Below, one piece after another: positions 61,363-64,000 of a stretch of 64,000 nt of DNA (position 1 is its first letter; each line of letters opens with the position of its first letter). Source of the stretch: Centroscyllium fabricii (taxonomy: Eukaryota); the NCBI GenBank assembly GCA_051313645.2, contig JBNRSN020000003.1, positions 422,096,001 through 422,160,000 on the forward strand, given 5' to 3'. The notes beneath the pieces were generated by a model that was not told the origin of the DNA, did no database searches, and saw only the letters and a program-made list of their open reading frames with translations. The position numbers were made by a program, and so were the translations under genes.

Positions 61363-63729
61363 AAAGGATCGTATAAAATTGAAAACGAAGGCATACAATG
61401 TTGGCAAGATTGGTGGGAGGCCAGAGGATGGGAAAAAATTTTAAACCAGAAAAGGATGACTAAAAAAATAATGGAGAGAGAAGATGAATTGAGAGAGTAA
61501 AGTGGCAAGAAATATTAAAACTGATAGTAAGAGCTTCTACAGGTATATAAAAAGGAAGAGAGTAGCTAAAGTAAACATTGGTCCCGCAGAGGATGAGACT
61601 GGGGAATTAATAATGGGGAACGGGGAAATGGCAGAGACTCTGAACAAATATATTTTATATCTATCTTCATGGTAGAAGACACCAACAACATCCCAATAAT
61701 GGATAATCAAGGGGCCACAGGGAGGGGGGAACTAAAGACAGTCAGTGTCACCAAGGGAAAAAGTACTTGGGAAAATAATGGGACTAAAAGATGACAAGTC
61801 CCCTGGACCAGATGGCCTACATCCCAGGGTCTTAATCCCAGGAAGTGGCTGCAGAGATAGTGGATGCATTGGTTGCAATATATCAACATTCCCTGGACTC
61901 TGGAGAGGTCCCAGCGGATTGGAAAGCCGCAAATATAACACCCCTATTTAAAAATGGAGGGCGACCAAACAGGAAACTATAGACCAGTTAGCCTAACATC
62001 TGTCATTGGGAAAATGCTGGAGTCCTTCATTAAGGAAGCAGTAGCAGGGCATTTGGAAAATCATAATGCGGTTTTATGAAAGGGAAATCACGTTCAACAA
62101 ATCTGCTGGATTTCTTTGAAGATGTAACGAGCAGGGTGGACAAAGGTGAGCCAGTGGTGTATCTGGATTTCCAGAAGGCATTCAATAAAGTGCCACATAA
62201 AAGGTTACTGCAGAAGATAAGAGCTCACGGAATTGGGGGGAATATATTAGCATGGATAGAGAATTGGCTAACAAACAGAAAGCAGAGAGTCAGGATAAAT
62301 GGGTCATTTTCCGATTGGCAAACGGTAACCAGTGGGGTGCCACAGGGATCGGTGCTGAGGCCTCAACTATTTACAATCTACATTAATGACTTGGATGAAG
62401 GGACTGAGTGTAATGTAGCCAAGTTTGCGGATGATACAAAGATGGGTGGGAAAGCAATTTGTGCAGAGGACTCAAAGAATCTGCAAAGGGATACAGACAG
62501 GCTAAGGGCAAACATTTGGCAGATGGAATATAATGTGGGAAAATGCGAGGTTATCCACTTTGGCAAGAATTTTAAAAAAGCAAAAATTATTTAAATGGAT
62601 AGATATTACAATAGATATTACGGAGGGACCTGGGGGTCATTTTGCATGAAACACAAAAAGTTAGCATGCAAGAAATCAAAAAGGCAAATGGAATGTTGGC
62701 CTTTATTTCAAGGGGGTTGGAGTATAAAAGCAGCAAAGTCCTGCTACAACTGTACAGGGTATTGGTGAGACCACACCTTACTGCATAGAGTTTTGTTCTT
62801 ATTTAAGGAAGGATATACTTGCATTGGAGGCAGTTCAGAGACGATTCACTAGGTTAATTCCAGAGATGAGGGGTTTGACTTATGAAGAAAGGTTGAGCAG
62901 GTTGGACCTATACTCATTGGAATTTAGAAGAATGAGAGGTGATCTTATTGAAACATAAGATACAGAGGGGGCTCGACAAGGTAGATGCAGAGAGGATGTT
63001 TCCCCTCATGGGGAAATCTAGAACTCAAGGGCATAGTTGCATAGTTTCAGAATAAAGGGTCACCCTTTTAGAACTGAGATGAGGAGGAGTTTCTTCTCTT
63101 AGAGGGTCGTAAACTCTGCCCCAGAGAGCTGTGGAGGCAGGGTCACTAAATGAATTTAAGGTGGAAATAGTCAGATATTTGCAAGATAAGGGAGTGAAGG
63201 GTTAGGGGGAACGGGCAGGGAAGTGGCTTTGAGCCCAAGATCAGCCATGATGTTATTGAATGGTGGAGCAGGCTCGAGGGGCCAAGTGGCCTAATCCTGC
63301 TCCTATTTCTTATGTTCTGATTAACAGCAAGATGACTGCAACTTGCTTTCGAAGTTCAGTCATCCTGATAACAAAAAACAATCATCTAAATCCTTACTGA
63401 CACACCAATATCTGAAGTGGAGTAACAGAAATAGCTCAAGCATTCTAGTACTCGAACAATAAGATCAGGAAATGTTCACTCTTTTCTGATAATGTGAATT
63501 GATGCTTGTGAAAATGAACAAGGGGGTCTACTGACAAAAACTAGCGATGAACCAACAAACAAATCTCTGGTTTGGACCACTGCTCCACTGGGGCCAACAA
63601 GCTTTAGATCTATAATCTATTTGCAGATCCACACAATAGATTAAATCATCAATAAAAACAAGTAATTTCTTACTCATCTTGAAGAACATTGGCATTTCAC
63701 TTTGTTTATAAAAACACATAGGTTCATAC

Positions 63730-64000
63730 CAGGTTGAGCACCGGTAATCCGGCACCCTCGGGACCCAGCCGGTGCCGGACCATTGAAAATTCCGAACCAC
63801 TGAAGGCTCGGGGGGGGGGGGGGGGGGGGGGGAGCGCGCAGGTAGCACACTCACCAGGGCCCGGAGCGCGCGGGTAGAACACCCCCCCCAGGGCCCGGAG
63901 CGCGCGAGTAGAACACCCCCCGGGAGGGAGCACGGGGATAGAACACTTGGAATACCTAAAATAACAGCAACCCAAACGCCCGACGCCTTCAGCGCTCGCC
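63730..64000. mobile_element. Tigger-like MITE (family B), truncated by window end
   Basis: CAGGTTGAGCACCGGTAATCCGGCACC start; body matches 10292-10592, with three copies of an internal ggagcgcgc..gtagaacac unit. Confidence 0.88.

Larger units (their letters stand above)
57985..63320 (+). mobile_element. Long decayed CR1 LINE (ORF1 esterase end, ORF2 APE endonuclease and RT) with three nested insertions
   Basis: GLHLNHAGAGVL.NRITRAVE at ~58000; LNAR.IRNK; ETWLQG; GVVYRPPN; KSPGPDGLHPRV; YLDFQKAF.KVPH; FADDTK; 3' tail at ~63240-63320. Many frameshifts. Confidence 0.9.

Overview
Eukaryotic, repeat-dense vertebrate DNA. The HE1-like V-SINEs, HER1/CR1 LINEs and Deu-SINEs point to a shark or other elasmobranch. 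It is a draft assembly with two N gaps. The window lies inside the minus-strand MAPKAP1 (SIN1, mTORC2 subunit) gene. Two coding exons are recognisable (50021-49845 and 32435-32323); the rest is intron. The introns carry a young full-length Ty3/Gypsy element (15311-21037; 229-bp LTRs with 1 mismatch; CCATT TSD). This element has no tRNA primer-binding site. Instead it has a 12-nt sequence complementary to its own LTR (self-priming-type architecture), and its RT has a YLDN motif. It is interrupted by a 3-bp-TSD DNA element containing a ~490-bp nested palindrome. Also present are CR1, L2, Rex1/Babar and Penelope-like fragments (one with a hammerhead-ribozyme core), seven V-SINEs, Tigger-like and Harbinger-like MITEs, a solo LTR, and a non-autonomous retroposon with a 79-bp tandem array. 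About 0.9 kb downstream of one MAPKAP1 exon is a candidate alternative exon whose 3' splice site sits inside a perfect 10-bp hairpin. All family assignments come from motif recognition by eye; no database search was run.
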